Assembly (NCBI GenBank): GCA_965248055.1 | Contig: CBDFIJ010000004.1 | Span: forward strand, 3,040,001-3,104,000 | Direction: 5' to 3' | DNA from: Candidatus Multivoradales bacterium | GTDB lineage: Bacteria > Acidobacteriota > Thermoanaerobaculia > Multivoradales > JAHEKO01 | DNA: 64,000 nucleotides | In this document: positions 10,418 to 21,517 of the stretch, in pieces | Numbering within the stretch: position 1 is the stretch's first letter | How the letters are laid out: every line of letters starts with the position of its first letter | Notes under the pieces: generated by a model | Seen by the model: the letters and a program-made list of their open reading frames with translations, nothing else | Databases searched by the model: none | What the model was told of the DNA's origin: nothing | Program-made: the position numbers and the translations under genes

Positions 10418-10524
10418 GCGCCGGCAGCACAGTGGGATATTGCACCAGCGAGCCTGCCCTGAGCGAGTTCGGCGAGCCGAAGGGGATCTGGGGGTCGAGG
10501 GTTCGAATCCTTCCCGGCGCGCCA
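10418..10524 (+). pseudogene. tRNA-Arg-like gene with degenerate D-arm and a REP-like insertion in the anticodon loop
   Basis: Acceptor GCGCCGG/CCGGCGC-G-CCA; T-arm GAGGG-TTCGAAT-CCTTC; anticodon stem CCAG/CTGG; about 30 extra nt (AGCCTGCCCTGAGCG...GAGCCGAAGG). Confidence 0.7.
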
Positions 10525-10770
10525 TTCTTGTACCTGCTGCGCTGGGAGCTGGCGAGCACTTCTCAGAATCCGAAAGTGGGTGCTCGCCTCGGCTTTGCTT
10601 CGCGCCGAATCGATGAAGGCCTATTGACGCCGGTGCTACGCACTTGCAAAGACGCCCCAGCGGCATCAGGTACGGGGGTTTCCCCCTCCCAAGATCAAAG
10701 AAGGAACTCGTCGTACGTCCCGTCCTGCGTGAGATGTGGGGTATAAACTATCGACGGAGGTTTGCTAAGA

Positions 10771-11895
10771 ATGACTACACGACTGTCTGCCTTCCCGGTC
10801 TGGATACTGGTGGTATCGCTAGTCGTCAGCGCGCTCCACGCGGAACCTCCCACGGCCCTAGAGAAGATCCTCGACCAAAACCCGCGCACCGATGAGCTCT
10901 ACCGACTCGTCCGCTTGTCGGACCGGGTGGTGTTTGCCAAGTTGGCCTCGAGCGAAGCACGGATTTCGCTATTGGGCGAAGTCGGGCCCGCGCCCGGGGT
11001 TGGTCTTTGGGCCGGCCCCACTTTGAGCATGACCAACACCGCTCTGGCGGCCGAATTGGATACCACTACGCTGACGGAATCCGGGCAGCAACTGCGAGAG
11101 GATCTGATCGATCTCGGGTTCATTCCCGCCGAAGACAAGCTTCAAGTTCTGATCACACTGGTCGATGGCGCGAGGGTGGACCAGATGTTCGATTTTTCAG
11201 ATTGGGAACGATTGGGTGAAAGACAGCGCGAAGAAGACCTCATAACTCAAGGCCACAGTGGGGATCAGGTACTCGAGCGGCGACTCGGGACGCGCTTTGG
11301 CGAGGCCGTGGCCCGGCAAGCCGCGTATGACGCAGACTGGAAATTTGACGACCAGGCAGATGTGATGGCCGGGGAGAGAGCACGGGAAGCCGAACGACAG
11401 CAGTTGATCGCTGGGCGGCGGGCGCGCTTTGTTACCGAAGCAATTCGCGCCCTGTATTGGGTCGATCCAACCTACGAAACCACAATCATTGATTGGCTTG
11501 AGAGCCTTCCACAAGAAGACACCAATCGCCTTGCCCGTCTGCTACAACTTGCGGGTTTCGATCAGATGAGCCCCGAGATCTTGGTGCGCGAGAGCGCGCC
11601 CAACCTGCATCAGCCTCTGGTCCTAAGTGCCCGCCTGTACCAACGCCTGGAGAGCGTTACGGTCGGCGGAGCGAGCAAACGACAACTTGATCCGGAGCGC
11701 TTCGCCAATGCCGAAGTTCTGGCGCAGGCGGAGAGCTTCTACCAGCAGTTCTTTGTTGCCGACCGCAAGGGTAGGTTCGAGTTTGAGCTTGCAGAGGGAG
11801 TTGCGACGTTTGTCGAGACGCAATCAGCTTTGGTCCGTGAGTTGACCGCATCACATCTTGAGGGATTGTTAGGTTCCGGCTGGTTAGAAGACTGA
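10771..11895 (+). CDS. Hypothetical exported protein
   Basis: Long ORF with a signal peptide (…VSALHA/EP); no recognised motif. Confidence 0.6.
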   Translation: MTTRLSAFPVWILVVSLVVSALHAEPPTALEKILDQNPRTDELYRLVRLSDRVVFAKLASSEARISLLGEVGPAPGVGLWAGPTLSMTNTALAAELDTTTLTESGQQLREDLIDLGFIPAEDKLQVLITLVDGARVDQMFDFSDWERLGERQREEDLITQGHSGDQVLERRLGTRFGEAVARQAAYDADWKFDDQADVMAGERAREAERQQLIAGRRARFVTEAIRALYWVDPTYETTIIDWLESLPQEDTNRLARLLQLAGFDQMSPEILVRESAPNLHQPLVLSARLYQRLESVTVGGASKRQLDPERFANAEVLAQAESFYQQFFVADRKGRFEFELAEGVATFVETQSALVRELTASHLEGLLGSGWLED

Positions 11896-11970
11896 TTTGT
11901 TTTTGCACCCGCCGTCCTGAAGACGGTGAGCGCTTCTCGGACTCCGCAGTACGGCGCTCACCTCGCCGGA

Positions 11971-11998
11971 GGGGACACAATACTTTGTTTGTGTCCCC
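11971..11998. repeat. 28-bp palindromic repeat GGGGACACAAACAAAGTATTGTGTCCCC (reverse orientation)
   Basis: Identical copies at 42657-42684, 46014-46041 and 51090-51117. Confidence 0.85.
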
Positions 11999-12028
11999 AT
12001 CTCCGCCGAGCGGCGATCTGCGCGCTGA

Positions 12029-12072
12029 GTCATCCTGAGCGACCGAGCTTTGCGAGGGAGTCGAAGGATCTC
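12029..12072. repeat. REP-like palindrome GTCATCCTGAGCG...GAGTCGAAGGATCTC
   Basis: Same family as the inverted pair at 12918-13035 and the copy at 51130-51173. Confidence 0.8.
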
Positions 12073-12099
12073 AATGTACCCTTCTGTGAATCCTTCCTT

Positions 12100-12564
12100 T
12101 CAATCCTTGGATCTGTCCCGTTGCTCTTTCAGCAAGGAGAGGCGCTCAACATCGGGCTTGTCTTTGTCCTCTCGACCGGTCGCTTTCTTCATCGCCAAGA
12201 GCTCGTCCAGGCCAGCGAAGTAGGTTGAGACGCCGGACAGTTCGCCGACTACTTTGCCCTGATCGACTTGTTCCCAAGTAACGCCGGGTACATCCGAATG
12301 GACCTCAACTCGGAGAATGTCGCCAAACGACAGAATGTCTCCAGCGATGAACTCCTCAGCAGAGAAATCAGGCTCGAAGTCTCCCCAAGTTTGCACTGCA
12401 CAGCGCACGTTGCGTGCGTTGTCGATCGACGGTTCGATCAGAACATCAATGGCACGCGTGGTCCGATACGGGATATACGAGATCACCGCGAACCCGCCGA
12501 TGACTACGTAGTCCGCGTCTTCTCTGTTGAGTGCATCCAGGAAAGCGGCAAAGTCCTTGATCAT
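12100..12564 (-). CDS. Minimal nucleotidyltransferase-like protein
   Basis: YVVIGGFAV...RTTRAIDV...K.ATGREDKDKPD; the first Asp of the usual DxD is Ala. Confidence 0.7.
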   Translation of the reverse strand: MIKDFAAFLDALNREDADYVVIGGFAVISYIPYRTTRAIDVLIEPSIDNARNVRCAVQTWGDFEPDFSAEEFIAGDILSFGDILRVEVHSDVPGVTWEQVDQGKVVGELSGVSTYFAGLDELLAMKKATGREDKDKPDVERLSLLKEQRDRSKD

Positions 12565-12736
12565 CGGCCCACCCTTGATCATCCATCAATCCTTGGTTCT
12601 TCCACAGTCCGTAAACGGTATCGAGCAACACCACCGCGGCCTGCATCCGCTCTTGGGAGCTCAATCCAATGCTGTCGGCGACATCGCGGGCAGCCTGTCG
12701 GTTGGAAGTGGCGAAAGTGAAGCATTCTTGTTTCAT
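12446..12736 (-). CDS. Small hypothetical partner overlapping the nucleotidyltransferase start
   Basis: MKQECFTF...LSSQERMQAAVVL; layout resembles a two-gene toxin-antitoxin-like module. Confidence 0.4.
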   Translation of the reverse strand: MKQECFTFATSNRQAARDVADSIGLSSQERMQAAVVLLDTVYGLWKNQGLMDDQGWADDQGLCRFPGCTQQRRRGLRSHRRVRGDLVYPVSDHACH

Positions 12737-12917
12737 GAGAAGGTTATTATCTTCAATGAGATCAGTATTTTGACATGATTTGTGCCTGCCGCTCGGAGGA
12801 CTGTGGGCGCTTCTCGGAGGGCAGAACACAACATGGGAGCCTGCGTGGGCGTGGGCGTGGGCGTGGAGCCGGGGTCATCCCGGCGGTGGGTAGGGAGGGG
12901 GCTGGGACCTATTTTCT

Positions 12918-13035
12918 GTCATCCTGAGCGGAGCTGCGTAGCAGTGGAGTCGAAGGATCTCGATGCTGGCATATCGAGGTCATTGAAGAATCGAGATCCT
13001 TCGACTCCCTCGAAGATTCAGTCGCTCAGGATGAC
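12918..13035. repeat. Inverted REP doublet (GTCATCCTGAGC...GCTCAGGATGAC)
   Basis: Two copies in inverted orientation forming a long hairpin. Confidence 0.8.
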
Positions 13036-13114
13036 TAAGAAAAACGGGAGCAGGTTCATAACAAGCGTGCCGAGCAGACCTGTCTGCTTCGCGAAATAAC
13101 TTAACGAAATAGCG

Positions 13115-14301
13115 TCAACTAGAAGGTGGTTTTCCGCTCCATCCGACCGCGTTCCAAAGGTAGGACATCAGATGTTGAACGGTTTCTTCGGCGGTGTCGG
13201 CGCTTCCTTCTATTAGTGCCTCTGGGATTCTGATCGTGGCCTGTCGAATCAAGCCACATTTTCTTCTGGCCAAACGTTCATGTTGTGTAGGGGCGCCAAG
13301 CTTTGCCCCCTAGCGTCAAGTATCGTCATGAACACTAAGAACGGCGAGTTGACCACAGTATTTGACATCTGCTGTAGATAAGCGGAGATCATTTCTCCCA
13401 ACCTACCCTCCATCGTCTTTGTTGGGATTTTGTACGGAGTTCGATTCAAAAAATAGCTGTCGACGCATTCAAGGATTCCGGTTCGTCGGAGGGTTACAGC
13501 CGACGCGATCACACCGGTCTCTTCTTGCGTCAGTGTCTTCAGGTGACCATCAAGAGTCGCGCAAGTCCAGGTTGAAGAGTCCCCGGCAAGGACCGGTATG
13601 TTGCGCAGTAGATCCCTGGTGTCGATAGAAGAAAGAGGTTCAATGCCACCACCAAACGCACCGATTGGGATGATGTGGAGTAGCAAGCGACCTTCACGGC
13701 TGGCACTGAGAGGGCTCTCCGAGGAACTTGCGGCAACGTCCAACAGGCGCCCAGTGACAAACTTTCGAATCTGTTCGCTTTGCCCCTCGGATAGCAGGAA
13801 GTGCCTTCGAATTTCCTCCATCTCTAGTGGGACACTCTGCCCTGAAGTTGTGCGTCGATAAAAGTGCCGAGTTCCGGATACTCGATGAGGTTTGCGCCAA
13901 CTTACTGGCACCTGAACGATGAGAGCATTGCGACCGTTAGCTAGTTCGATGCCGGTAACGTGATGGCCTGACAGTTCCGGTTCAAGGAGGCTGCGGCAAA
14001 TGTCGTTTAGTGCGTTGAGTTCGGTGTCCAGATCGCGAACGAGTTCTATGCCAGGCAAACCAGTTGGAAGGGCGCTATCTTCCTCCAAACACTCCATTCC
14101 GATGACCAAGTAACCTCCGGATGTGTTCGCGAAAGCTGCCAAGGCCTTCCCGAGCTTGCGTCGCCCTTGGGGCTCTCCGTAGTCAATTTTCGTCTTGTAC
14201 TCGATGTGTAGTCCTTCTCGGGTTCTACTTTCGACGAGTGATTGAAGGTCGGATTCTGCAAGCTGATCTACAGGTTTGTCTAGCATTGAGCCTTCTCCCA
14301 T
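13115..14301 (-). pseudogene. AlbA_2/Schlafen-like domain protein, apparently frameshifted near its 3' end
   Basis: REGLHIEYK...AFANTSGGYLVIG; the ORF stops at 13249, but another frame continues IRQATIRIPEALIE...YLWNAVGW to TGA at 13115. Confidence 0.65.
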
Positions 14302-14430
14302 CGGCGCGGCGGAACTTGTACTGGCCAGTGGAGAATATTAGCGAAATTTGGGGTCATAGGTTTCGAATCCTTGCTGGAGTTACCCAATATCGTCGCTGAG
14401 CCTGAAATAATTAGGGGACAGGCGACAACA

Positions 14431-17400
14431 ATGACCACCACCCCCTACAAACCCCAACACCCGATCCGCATCGTCTCCGCGGCTTCGCTCTTTGACGGCC
14501 ACGACGCGGCGATCAATGTGATGCGGCGGATTTTGCAGTCGTCGGGGGCGGAGGTGATTCATCTGGGGCATAACCGTTCGGTTGCGGAGATTGTCGAGTG
14601 CGCGATCGAGGAGGATGCGCAGGCGATCGCGATCACCAGTTATCAGGGTGGGCATATCGAGTACTTCAAGTACATGGTTGATCTGCTCAGAGAGCGGGGG
14701 GCCAAGACCAAGATTTTTGGTGGTGGCGGTGGAACGATTTTGCCTGAGGAGGCGGAGGAGTTGCACGCCTACGGCATTGCCCGGATTTATTCGCCGGACG
14801 ATGGTCGGGAGATGGGGTTGCAGGGGATGATCAATCACTTGCTGGAGAGCAGTGATTTCCCGATGGTGGAGCCGGCTGTGAATGGAGAGGGTGCGCAGTT
14901 CAAGAAAGCAGTCCAGGAGAAAGACCCGCAGGCGATTGCCCGCTTGATAACCCTGGTGGAGAACCACCCGGAGACCGTGGACGATCTGCAGTCGATGCTG
15001 GCGACCTTGAACTCCAACCAGAGTAACGGAGATCAATCGGTCGCTGCGGTGAAAAGCCCAGTGTTGGGAATCACCGGTACCGGCGGCGCAGGGAAGTCGT
15101 CGTTGGTGGACGAGTTGGTGCGCCGCTACCTGATCGACTTCCCGGACAAGACCTTGGCGGTGATTTCGGTGGATCCGTCGCGGCGCAAGAGCGGTGGGGC
15201 GCTGTTGGGCGACCGTATCCGGATGAATTCGATCCATCACCCCCGGGTGTACATGCGTTCGCTGGCGACTCGTCAGTCGAATTTGGCGATGTCCAAGTAT
15301 GTCGGTCAGGCGGTGGAGATCGTGCAGGCGGCGGGCTATGACTTGGTGCTGCTGGAGACCTCGGGCATCGGTCAGTCGGACACCGAGATCGTCGAGCATT
15401 CGGATCTGTCGCTGTATGTGATGACTTCGGAGTACGGTGCAGCGACCCAGTTGGAGAAGATCGACATGCTCGATTTTGCTGACGTGATCGCGATCAACAA
15501 GTTCGACAAGAAGGGCTCGCTGGACGCGCTGCGCGACGTGCGCAAGCAGTACCGGCGTAACCACACGCTGTTTGACGGTGAGGATGAGGCACTGCCGATT
15601 TTCGGCACGGTGGCGTCGCAGTTCAATGACGCCGGCACCAACCGGTTGTACAAGAAGCTGATTGCGGCGTTGTCAGAGAAAGCAGGCGACGCCTTTGAAT
15701 CAACCTTGGAGCTGCCGCTGGAAGAGGCAGTCGATCCGCCGATCGTGCCACCGGCCAAGGTGCGCTACTTGGCGGAAATCGCTGAGGACAACCGGGCTTA
15801 CAATCAGACCGTCGAAGAGCAGTGCGCAACGGCACGACGCGCCTACCAATTGGCCGGGTCAATCGCCGCACTCCGGAGTAAAGATCTGGGCAGTAAGGAT
15901 CTGGGGGGTGACGACATCGAAGGCTGGTTGCCCGAAATCGCGGTCTCTGACGGGGATACCAGCGCGGCGCAAGAGTTGGTGGAGCTGTACCAGCAAACCC
16001 GCGAGCGCCTCGACTTTGACAATCGCCAGTTGTTGGCCGAGTGGCCGGCGACCCGACAACGCTATACCGATGAAAAGTTTGTCTATCAGGTGCGGGGCAA
16101 GAAGATCGAGCGGGCGCTCTATCGTCAGTCGTTGTCGCACCTACAGATCCCACGGGTGGCGCTGCCCAAGTATCACGACTGGGGTGAGGTACTGCGCTGG
16201 CTGTTGACCGAGAACGTGCCCGGTGAGTACCCCTACGCCGCCGGGGTTTTTCCGCTCAAGCGCCAAGGAGAAGACCCAACCCGGATGTTTGCCGGTGAGG
16301 GTGGCCCAGAACGCACCAATCGACGCTTTCATTACGTTTCGTTGGAGGAACCGGCCAAGCGGCTTTCGACGGCCTTTGATTCGGTGACGCTGTACGGAGA
16401 AGACCCAGATCATCGCCCGGACATCTACGGCAAGGTGGGCAACTCCGGGGTCTCAGTGGCGTCGTTGGATGACGCCAAAAGGCTTTACTCGGGCTTCGAT
16501 TTGATTGACCCGGCAACTTCTGTGTCGATGACCATCAACGGTCCGGCACCGATGCTCTTGGGTTTCTTTTTGAACACCGCGGTCGATCAGCAGTGTGAGG
16601 CCTACTTGCGTGAGCAGGGCAAGGCGGATCAGATCGCTCAGGAATTGGATCAGCAGTATGCGGACCTCGACTTGGTGCGTCCGGTCTACCGGGCCGAGAT
16701 ACCCAAGGGGCATGACGGCTCCGGACTGTTGCTTCTGGGCACCTCGGGCGACCAAGTGCTGGACGCCGAGACCTACGGGCGTATTCGCGAAGAGACTCTG
16801 GCCAAGGTGCGAGGCACCGTGCAAGCCGACATCCTCAAAGAGGATCAAGCGCAGAACACCTGCATTTTTTCCACCGAGTTCGCGCTGCGGATGATGGGCG
16901 ACGTGCAGCAGTACTTCATCGACCACGGAGTGCGCAATTTCTACTCGGTGTCGATTTCCGGGTACCACATTGCCGAAGCCGGGGCGAACCCGATCTCGCA
17001 ATTGGCATTTACCTTGGCCAATGGATTCACCTACGTCGAGTACTACCTATCGCGCGGCATGGACATCGACGCCTTCGCCGCCAATCTATCGTTTTTCTTT
17101 TCCAACGGCATGGACCCCGAGTACTCGGTGATGGGGCGTGTAGCACGGCGGATCTGGGCCAAAGCGATGCGACGACGCTATGGCGCTAACGCCCGCTCAC
17201 AGAAGCTCAAATACCACATCCAGACTTCGGGTCGCAGCTTGCACGCGCAGGAAATTTCCTTCAACGACATTCGCACCACGCTGCAGGCTTTGTACGCGAT
17301 TTACGACAATTGCAACTCGCTGCACACCAACGCCTACGACGAGGCGATTACCACCCCGACTGAGGAGAGCGTGCGTCGGGCGCAGGCGATCCAGTTGATC

Positions 17401-17910
17401 ATCAACCGCGAGTTAGGGCTGGCCAACAATGAAAACCCGCTGCAGGGGGCGTTTATCATCGACGAGTTGACCGAGTTGGTGGAAGAGGCGGTGCTGGTCG
17501 AGTTTGAGAGTCTGTCGGATCGGGGTGGGGTGCTGGGGGCGATGGAGCGGATGTACCAGAGAACCAAGATCCAGGAAGAGTCGCTGTACTACGAGACCTT
17601 GAAGCACAGCGGTGAATTACCGGTGGTGGGGGTTAACACTTTCCTGAGCTCGCAAGGCTCACCTACCGTGATCCCGGGTGAGGTCATTCGCGCCACCGAG
17701 GAAGAGAAAAAGGACGCGATTGCCGCGCGCGATGCGATCCAATGCCGCAATCCTGAGGCGACCTCCGCCGCGCTGGGCGAACTGCAACGCTCAGCCATCA
17801 GTGGTGGCAACGTGTTTGGCGGATTGATGGAAGTGTGTAAGACAGCGACCTTGGGCCAGATCACGCATGCTTTGTATGAAGTGGGGGGGCAGTACCGGCG
17901 CAACATGTAG
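14431..17910 (+). CDS. icmF: Fused isobutyryl-CoA mutase / GTPase chaperone
   Basis: N-terminal B12 domain (FDGHDAAIN), GTGGAGKS GTPase, mutase barrel with TRMFAGEG (Phe specificity residue) and GGQYRRNM end. Confidence 0.95.
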   Translation: MTTTPYKPQHPIRIVSAASLFDGHDAAINVMRRILQSSGAEVIHLGHNRSVAEIVECAIEEDAQAIAITSYQGGHIEYFKYMVDLLRERGAKTKIFGGGGGTILPEEAEELHAYGIARIYSPDDGREMGLQGMINHLLESSDFPMVEPAVNGEGAQFKKAVQEKDPQAIARLITLVENHPETVDDLQSMLATLNSNQSNGDQSVAAVKSPVLGITGTGGAGKSSLVDELVRRYLIDFPDKTLAVISVDPSRRKSGGALLGDRIRMNSIHHPRVYMRSLATRQSNLAMSKYVGQAVEIVQAAGYDLVLLETSGIGQSDTEIVEHSDLSLYVMTSEYGAATQLEKIDMLDFADVIAINKFDKKGSLDALRDVRKQYRRNHTLFDGEDEALPIFGTVASQFNDAGTNRLYKKLIAALSEKAGDAFESTLELPLEEAVDPPIVPPAKVRYLAEIAEDNRAYNQTVEEQCATARRAYQLAGSIAALRSKDLGSKDLGGDDIEGWLPEIAVSDGDTSAAQELVELYQQTRERLDFDNRQLLAEWPATRQRYTDEKFVYQVRGKKIERALYRQSLSHLQIPRVALPKYHDWGEVLRWLLTENVPGEYPYAAGVFPLKRQGEDPTRMFAGEGGPERTNRRFHYVSLEEPAKRLSTAFDSVTLYGEDPDHRPDIYGKVGNSGVSVASLDDAKRLYSGFDLIDPATSVSMTINGPAPMLLGFFLNTAVDQQCEAYLREQGKADQIAQELDQQYADLDLVRPVYRAEIPKGHDGSGLLLLGTSGDQVLDAETYGRIREETLAKVRGTVQADILKEDQAQNTCIFSTEFALRMMGDVQQYFIDHGVRNFYSVSISGYHIAEAGANPISQLAFTLANGFTYVEYYLSRGMDIDAFAANLSFFFSNGMDPEYSVMGRVARRIWAKAMRRRYGANARSQKLKYHIQTSGRSLHAQEISFNDIRTTLQALYAIYDNCNSLHTNAYDEAITTPTEESVRRAQAIQLIINRELGLANNENPLQGAFIIDELTELVEEAVLVEFESLSDRGGVLGAMERMYQRTKIQEESLYYETLKHSGELPVVGVNTFLSSQGSPTVIPGEVIRATEEEKKDAIAARDAIQCRNPEATSAALGELQRSAISGGNVFGGLMEVCKTATLGQITHALYEVGGQYRRNM

Positions 17911-18036
17911 GGTTGCTGCGGGGTCACGCCATTTCTCGACGATCTCTCAGGTCGCCTGCGTCGTGGTGCTGACCGGCATCTAACGAGCGCCGCTGGCAAT
18001 CCGGCGTCCTCCAAATAGCGTTAGGGTCATTGAACC

Positions 18037-21000
18037 GTGAAGCAGAGCAACAGATCTAGCACTCAGGAGCAAAAATTGACCCATGACGGGGTGACGGTTC
18101 AGTCGCTGTACCGAGAGCGTGGAGAGTGGGCATTGGCCCAGCGGACGACTCCTGGTTGGCGGGGCTTGGCATTGGTTGATCCCCGACGCGGGGATCCGGT
18201 AGCGGCGACCGAGCAGGCCCTGGCGTTGGGCGCTCACGGGATCTGGTTGCGCGGACCGGTGCCGCACGAAGAAGCTTTCCTCAACATGGTGCAGGCCGCC
18301 TCTGACGCACCCATAGCGCTGAGTCCAACGTCCGCGATTGCCTACGTCGAAGGATTGCTTGCCGATCCTCCCACCCGGTTGGCGATCAACTACGATCCCG
18401 TGACAGCGGCAATCCTCAAGGATGACCTGGAGGCCGACTGCCAGCCGGGTTACCTCCGGGTGAAATCACTGCTGCGCTTGGTTCAGGGCCAGCCATCTGA
18501 AGAGGGGCAGCCATCTAAAGGACAGTACTGCGGATCGTCCTCCCTGGCTTGCTCCAGCCTGCTGCTGCATGCGGCGGGCGGAGATCCGGTCGACGAACTG
18601 GCGCTGATCGGCGCCTCATGGCTCGAGCTAGTGCGCCGACTTGGAGCGCGGCGGGTCTCGGTCGATGAATTAGTGCTGCAAACCGTATTTCAGGTCGGCG
18701 TCGGCAGTCACATGCTCACCGAGTTGGCGAAGTTGCGGGCCTTGCGCGAAGTCCTAGCGCGTCTGGTCATTGCCGGCGGTGGTTCGGTGGAGAGTGCTCA
18801 TTCGTTGCGCATTCACGCGCTGACCTCGTCCAGGACCTTGGCGCGCCGCGGATATCGCACCAACGCATTGCGCGCCACCGGACAAGCCACCGCTGCGGTG
18901 CTGGGCGGAGCTGACTGGCTGACGGTGTTGCCCTGGGATGACCGCTTGGCGGTCACCAGACCCTCTGCCGAACGTTTGGCGATGCAGGTCCACAACGTGC
19001 TGCGCGAGGAAGCGACCTTGGCCGAAGTTGCCGACCCTGCGGCTGGTTCCTACGCAGTGGAGTCGTTGACCATACAACTAGCTCGTCAAGTCTGGGGGTT
19101 GATCGGAGAAGTCGAAAGTGACGGCGGGGTGTGGCAGAGCTTGGGCGAAGGGCTGTTGCGCCAGCGATTGCGCGCGGCGCGACTCCGTCGTCGGCAACAG
19201 ATCGAGTCCGGCGCACAGCCGGTGCTCGGTGTCAGCGTCTATCCGCACCCAGAGGAACCGGGGGCGGGGTTGGCCGATTCATTTACAGGGGACCCGGACT
19301 TTGCCCCCTTGTACGACGCCCCCTTGCACGACCCCGCTTCGGACAATGCTGAGTCGGTCTGGACCGCGGAGGCAGCAGCAGTGAGCGGCTCTTTCGACGG
19401 TGTTGTCTTCGGCAGTGTCGATCTAGGGCGAGTCGACCTTGATCAAGCCGCCTTCGATCGATGGGGTCAGCATCTAGAAAGACAGAACGCTGGCTTGTTG
19501 AACTCGACGGTTGACAGTCGCGCGGGCTCGCTCCCTGGCCAGCCCCCCTACTTGCGCGGTCCCTATTCGAGCATGTACACCCAGCGCCCCTGGACCATCC
19601 GCCAGTACGCCGGATTCTCTACCGCTGAGGAGTCCAACGCTTTTTATCGGCGCAACCTAGCGGCGGGGCAGAAGGGGTTATCAATCGCTTTTGATCTGCC
19701 CACCCATCGTGGTTACGACTCCGATCATCCTCGGGTGACCGGCGATGTCGGGATGGCCGGGGTGGCGGTGGACTCGATCCGCGATACGCGGGTGCTATTT
19801 GACGGCATTCCGCTAGATCAGGTGAGCGTGTCGATGACCATGAACGGTGCGGTATTGCCGATCCTGGCGCTCTACATCGTCGCGGCGGAAGAACAAGGTG
19901 TTGCGCCAGAACAACTGCGCGGAACGATCCAAAACGATGTGCTCAAAGAGTTCATGGTGCGCAATACCTATATCTATCCGCCCACTCCTTCGATGCGCAT
20001 CGTCGCCGACATCTTCGGTTACACCGCGGCCAAGATGCCCAAGTTCAATTCGATCTCGATCTCTGGGTACCACATGCAAGAGGCCGGGGCGACGCCGGAT
20101 CTGGAGTTGGCCTACACCTTGGCCGACGGCATTGAATACGTGCGCACCGGGATCGCTGCCGGGCTCGATGTGGATGACTTCGCACCACAGTTATCGTTCT
20201 TTTTCTGCATCGGCATGTCATTTTTTGACGAGATCGCCAAGCTGCGCGCGGCGCGCGTGTTGTGGCATGACCTAATGCAGCAGTTTGATCCACAGAATAC
20301 CAAGTCGTCGATATTGCGCACCCATTGCCAGACCTCTGGCTGGTCGCTGACCGCGCAAGATCCATACAACAACCTGGTACGCACCGCCAACGAAGCGCTG
20401 GCGGCGGTCTGGGGTCAGACCCAGTCGTTGCATACCAATGCGTTCGACGAAGCTCTAGCGCTGCCCACCGACGATTCGGCGCGCCTGGCGCGTAATACCC
20501 AGTTGCAGTTGCAACTAGAGGCCGGGATCTGCGACGTCATCGATCCATGGGGTGGCAGCGTGTTTCTTGAGCAACGCACCCTGGAGATGGTCGAGCGGGC
20601 TCAATCCCACATCGACGAGGTGGAAGCTTTGGGCGGCATGACCAAGGCAATCGAGGCGGGACTACCCAAGGCCCGCATCGAAGAGTCGGCGACGCGTATC
20701 CAAGCGCAGATCGACGCTGGAACACGACCGATTATTGGCATCAATCGCTATCGCCCAATCGAACGCACTGCGGTGGAGGTGCTGCGGGTCGACGCCTCTG
20801 CGGTGCGCCGAACCCAGATCGAGAGACTGCAGCGATTGTGTGCTGAACGGGACCCGCAACAAGTGGAGGCGTCGCTGGCGGCGATCACCGAGGCAGCGGC
20901 CGGAAACGGCAATCTGCTGGAAGTCGCAGTCGATGCGGCCCGGGCCGGAGCCACAGTGGGCGAGATGAGTTTGGCATTGGAGCAGGTGTTCGGACGGCAT

Positions 21001-21504
21001 CGCGCCGAAGTGCGCGCGGTGACCGGTGTGTATGCTAGAGAGATGGCGAGTCATGAAGAGGTCCAAGCGGTGCGCGCTCATTGCCAGGAATTCGCCGAGC
21101 GCGAGGGACGCCGACCGAGGATTCTGGTCGCCAAGATGGGTCAAGACGGCCACGACCGGGGCCAAAAGGTAGTCGCCAGCGGCTTTGCCGACCTCGGCTT
21201 TGACGTCGACATTGGTTCGCTGTTTATGACCCCAACCGAGACCGCCCGCCAAGCGATCGAGAATGATGTCCACGTGGTCGGGGTCAGCACCCTAGCTGCT
21301 GGTCATCGAGAGTTGGTGCCAGCGTTGATCGCGGAACTTGCCACCATGGGGCGTGGCGATATCGCGGTGGTGGTAGGAGGAGTGGTTCCGGCGGAGGATG
21401 AAGCGGCTCTCTTGGAGGCCGGGGTAGGAGCCATCTTTGGCCCCGGAAGCGTACTGGCCGCCACCGCCGACACGGTCCTGCAGTTGCTGGAGGGCGGACG
21501 CTAG
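18037..21504 (+). CDS. scpA: Methylmalonyl-CoA mutase with an N-terminal degenerate beta-subunit fused to the alpha subunit
   Basis: First ~410 aa are a non-catalytic barrel ([20 protein letters not shown]); then [15 protein letters not shown] and [10 protein letters not shown]. Confidence 0.9.
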   Translation: MKQSNRSSTQEQKLTHDGVTVQSLYRERGEWALAQRTTPGWRGLALVDPRRGDPVAATEQALALGAHGIWLRGPVPHEEAFLNMVQAASDAPIALSPTSAIAYVEGLLADPPTRLAINYDPVTAAILKDDLEADCQPGYLRVKSLLRLVQGQPSEEGQPSKGQYCGSSSLACSSLLLHAAGGDPVDELALIGASWLELVRRLGARRVSVDELVLQTVFQVGVGSHMLTELAKLRALREVLARLVIAGGGSVESAHSLRIHALTSSRTLARRGYRTNALRATGQATAAVLGGADWLTVLPWDDRLAVTRPSAERLAMQVHNVLREEATLAEVADPAAGSYAVESLTIQLARQVWGLIGEVESDGGVWQSLGEGLLRQRLRAARLRRRQQIESGAQPVLGVSVYPHPEEPGAGLADSFTGDPDFAPLYDAPLHDPASDNAESVWTAEAAAVSGSFDGVVFGSVDLGRVDLDQAAFDRWGQHLERQNAGLLNSTVDSRAGSLPGQPPYLRGPYSSMYTQRPWTIRQYAGFSTAEESNAFYRRNLAAGQKGLSIAFDLPTHRGYDSDHPRVTGDVGMAGVAVDSIRDTRVLFDGIPLDQVSVSMTMNGAVLPILALYIVAAEEQGVAPEQLRGTIQNDVLKEFMVRNTYIYPPTPSMRIVADIFGYTAAKMPKFNSISISGYHMQEAGATPDLELAYTLADGIEYVRTGIAAGLDVDDFAPQLSFFFCIGMSFFDEIAKLRAARVLWHDLMQQFDPQNTKSSILRTHCQTSGWSLTAQDPYNNLVRTANEALAAVWGQTQSLHTNAFDEALALPTDDSARLARNTQLQLQLEAGICDVIDPWGGSVFLEQRTLEMVERAQSHIDEVEALGGMTKAIEAGLPKARIEESATRIQAQIDAGTRPIIGINRYRPIERTAVEVLRVDASAVRRTQIERLQRLCAERDPQQVEASLAAITEAAAGNGNLLEVAVDAARAGATVGEMSLALEQVFGRHRAEVRAVTGVYAREMASHEEVQAVRAHCQEFAEREGRRPRILVAKMGQDGHDRGQKVVASGFADLGFDVDIGSLFMTPTETARQAIENDVHVVGVSTLAAGHRELVPALIAELATMGRGDIAVVVGGVVPAEDEAALLEAGVGAIFGPGSVLAATADTVLQLLEGGR

Positions 21505-21517
21505 TTCGCGTTCCACC

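Noticed and set aside
13249-13251. Selenocysteine read-through of TGA
   Set aside because: The same frame hits TAA within 12 codons; the plausible continuation is in another frame.
14302-14430. Cobalamin riboswitch or a complete tRNA upstream of icmF
   Set aside because: No B12-box elements recognised; only a degenerate T-arm-like fragment without an acceptor stem.
14380-15564. 394-aa antisense ORF (likewise 42741-43484, 20662-21273 and others)
   Set aside because: Shadow frames of well-supported genes in GC-rich DNA.
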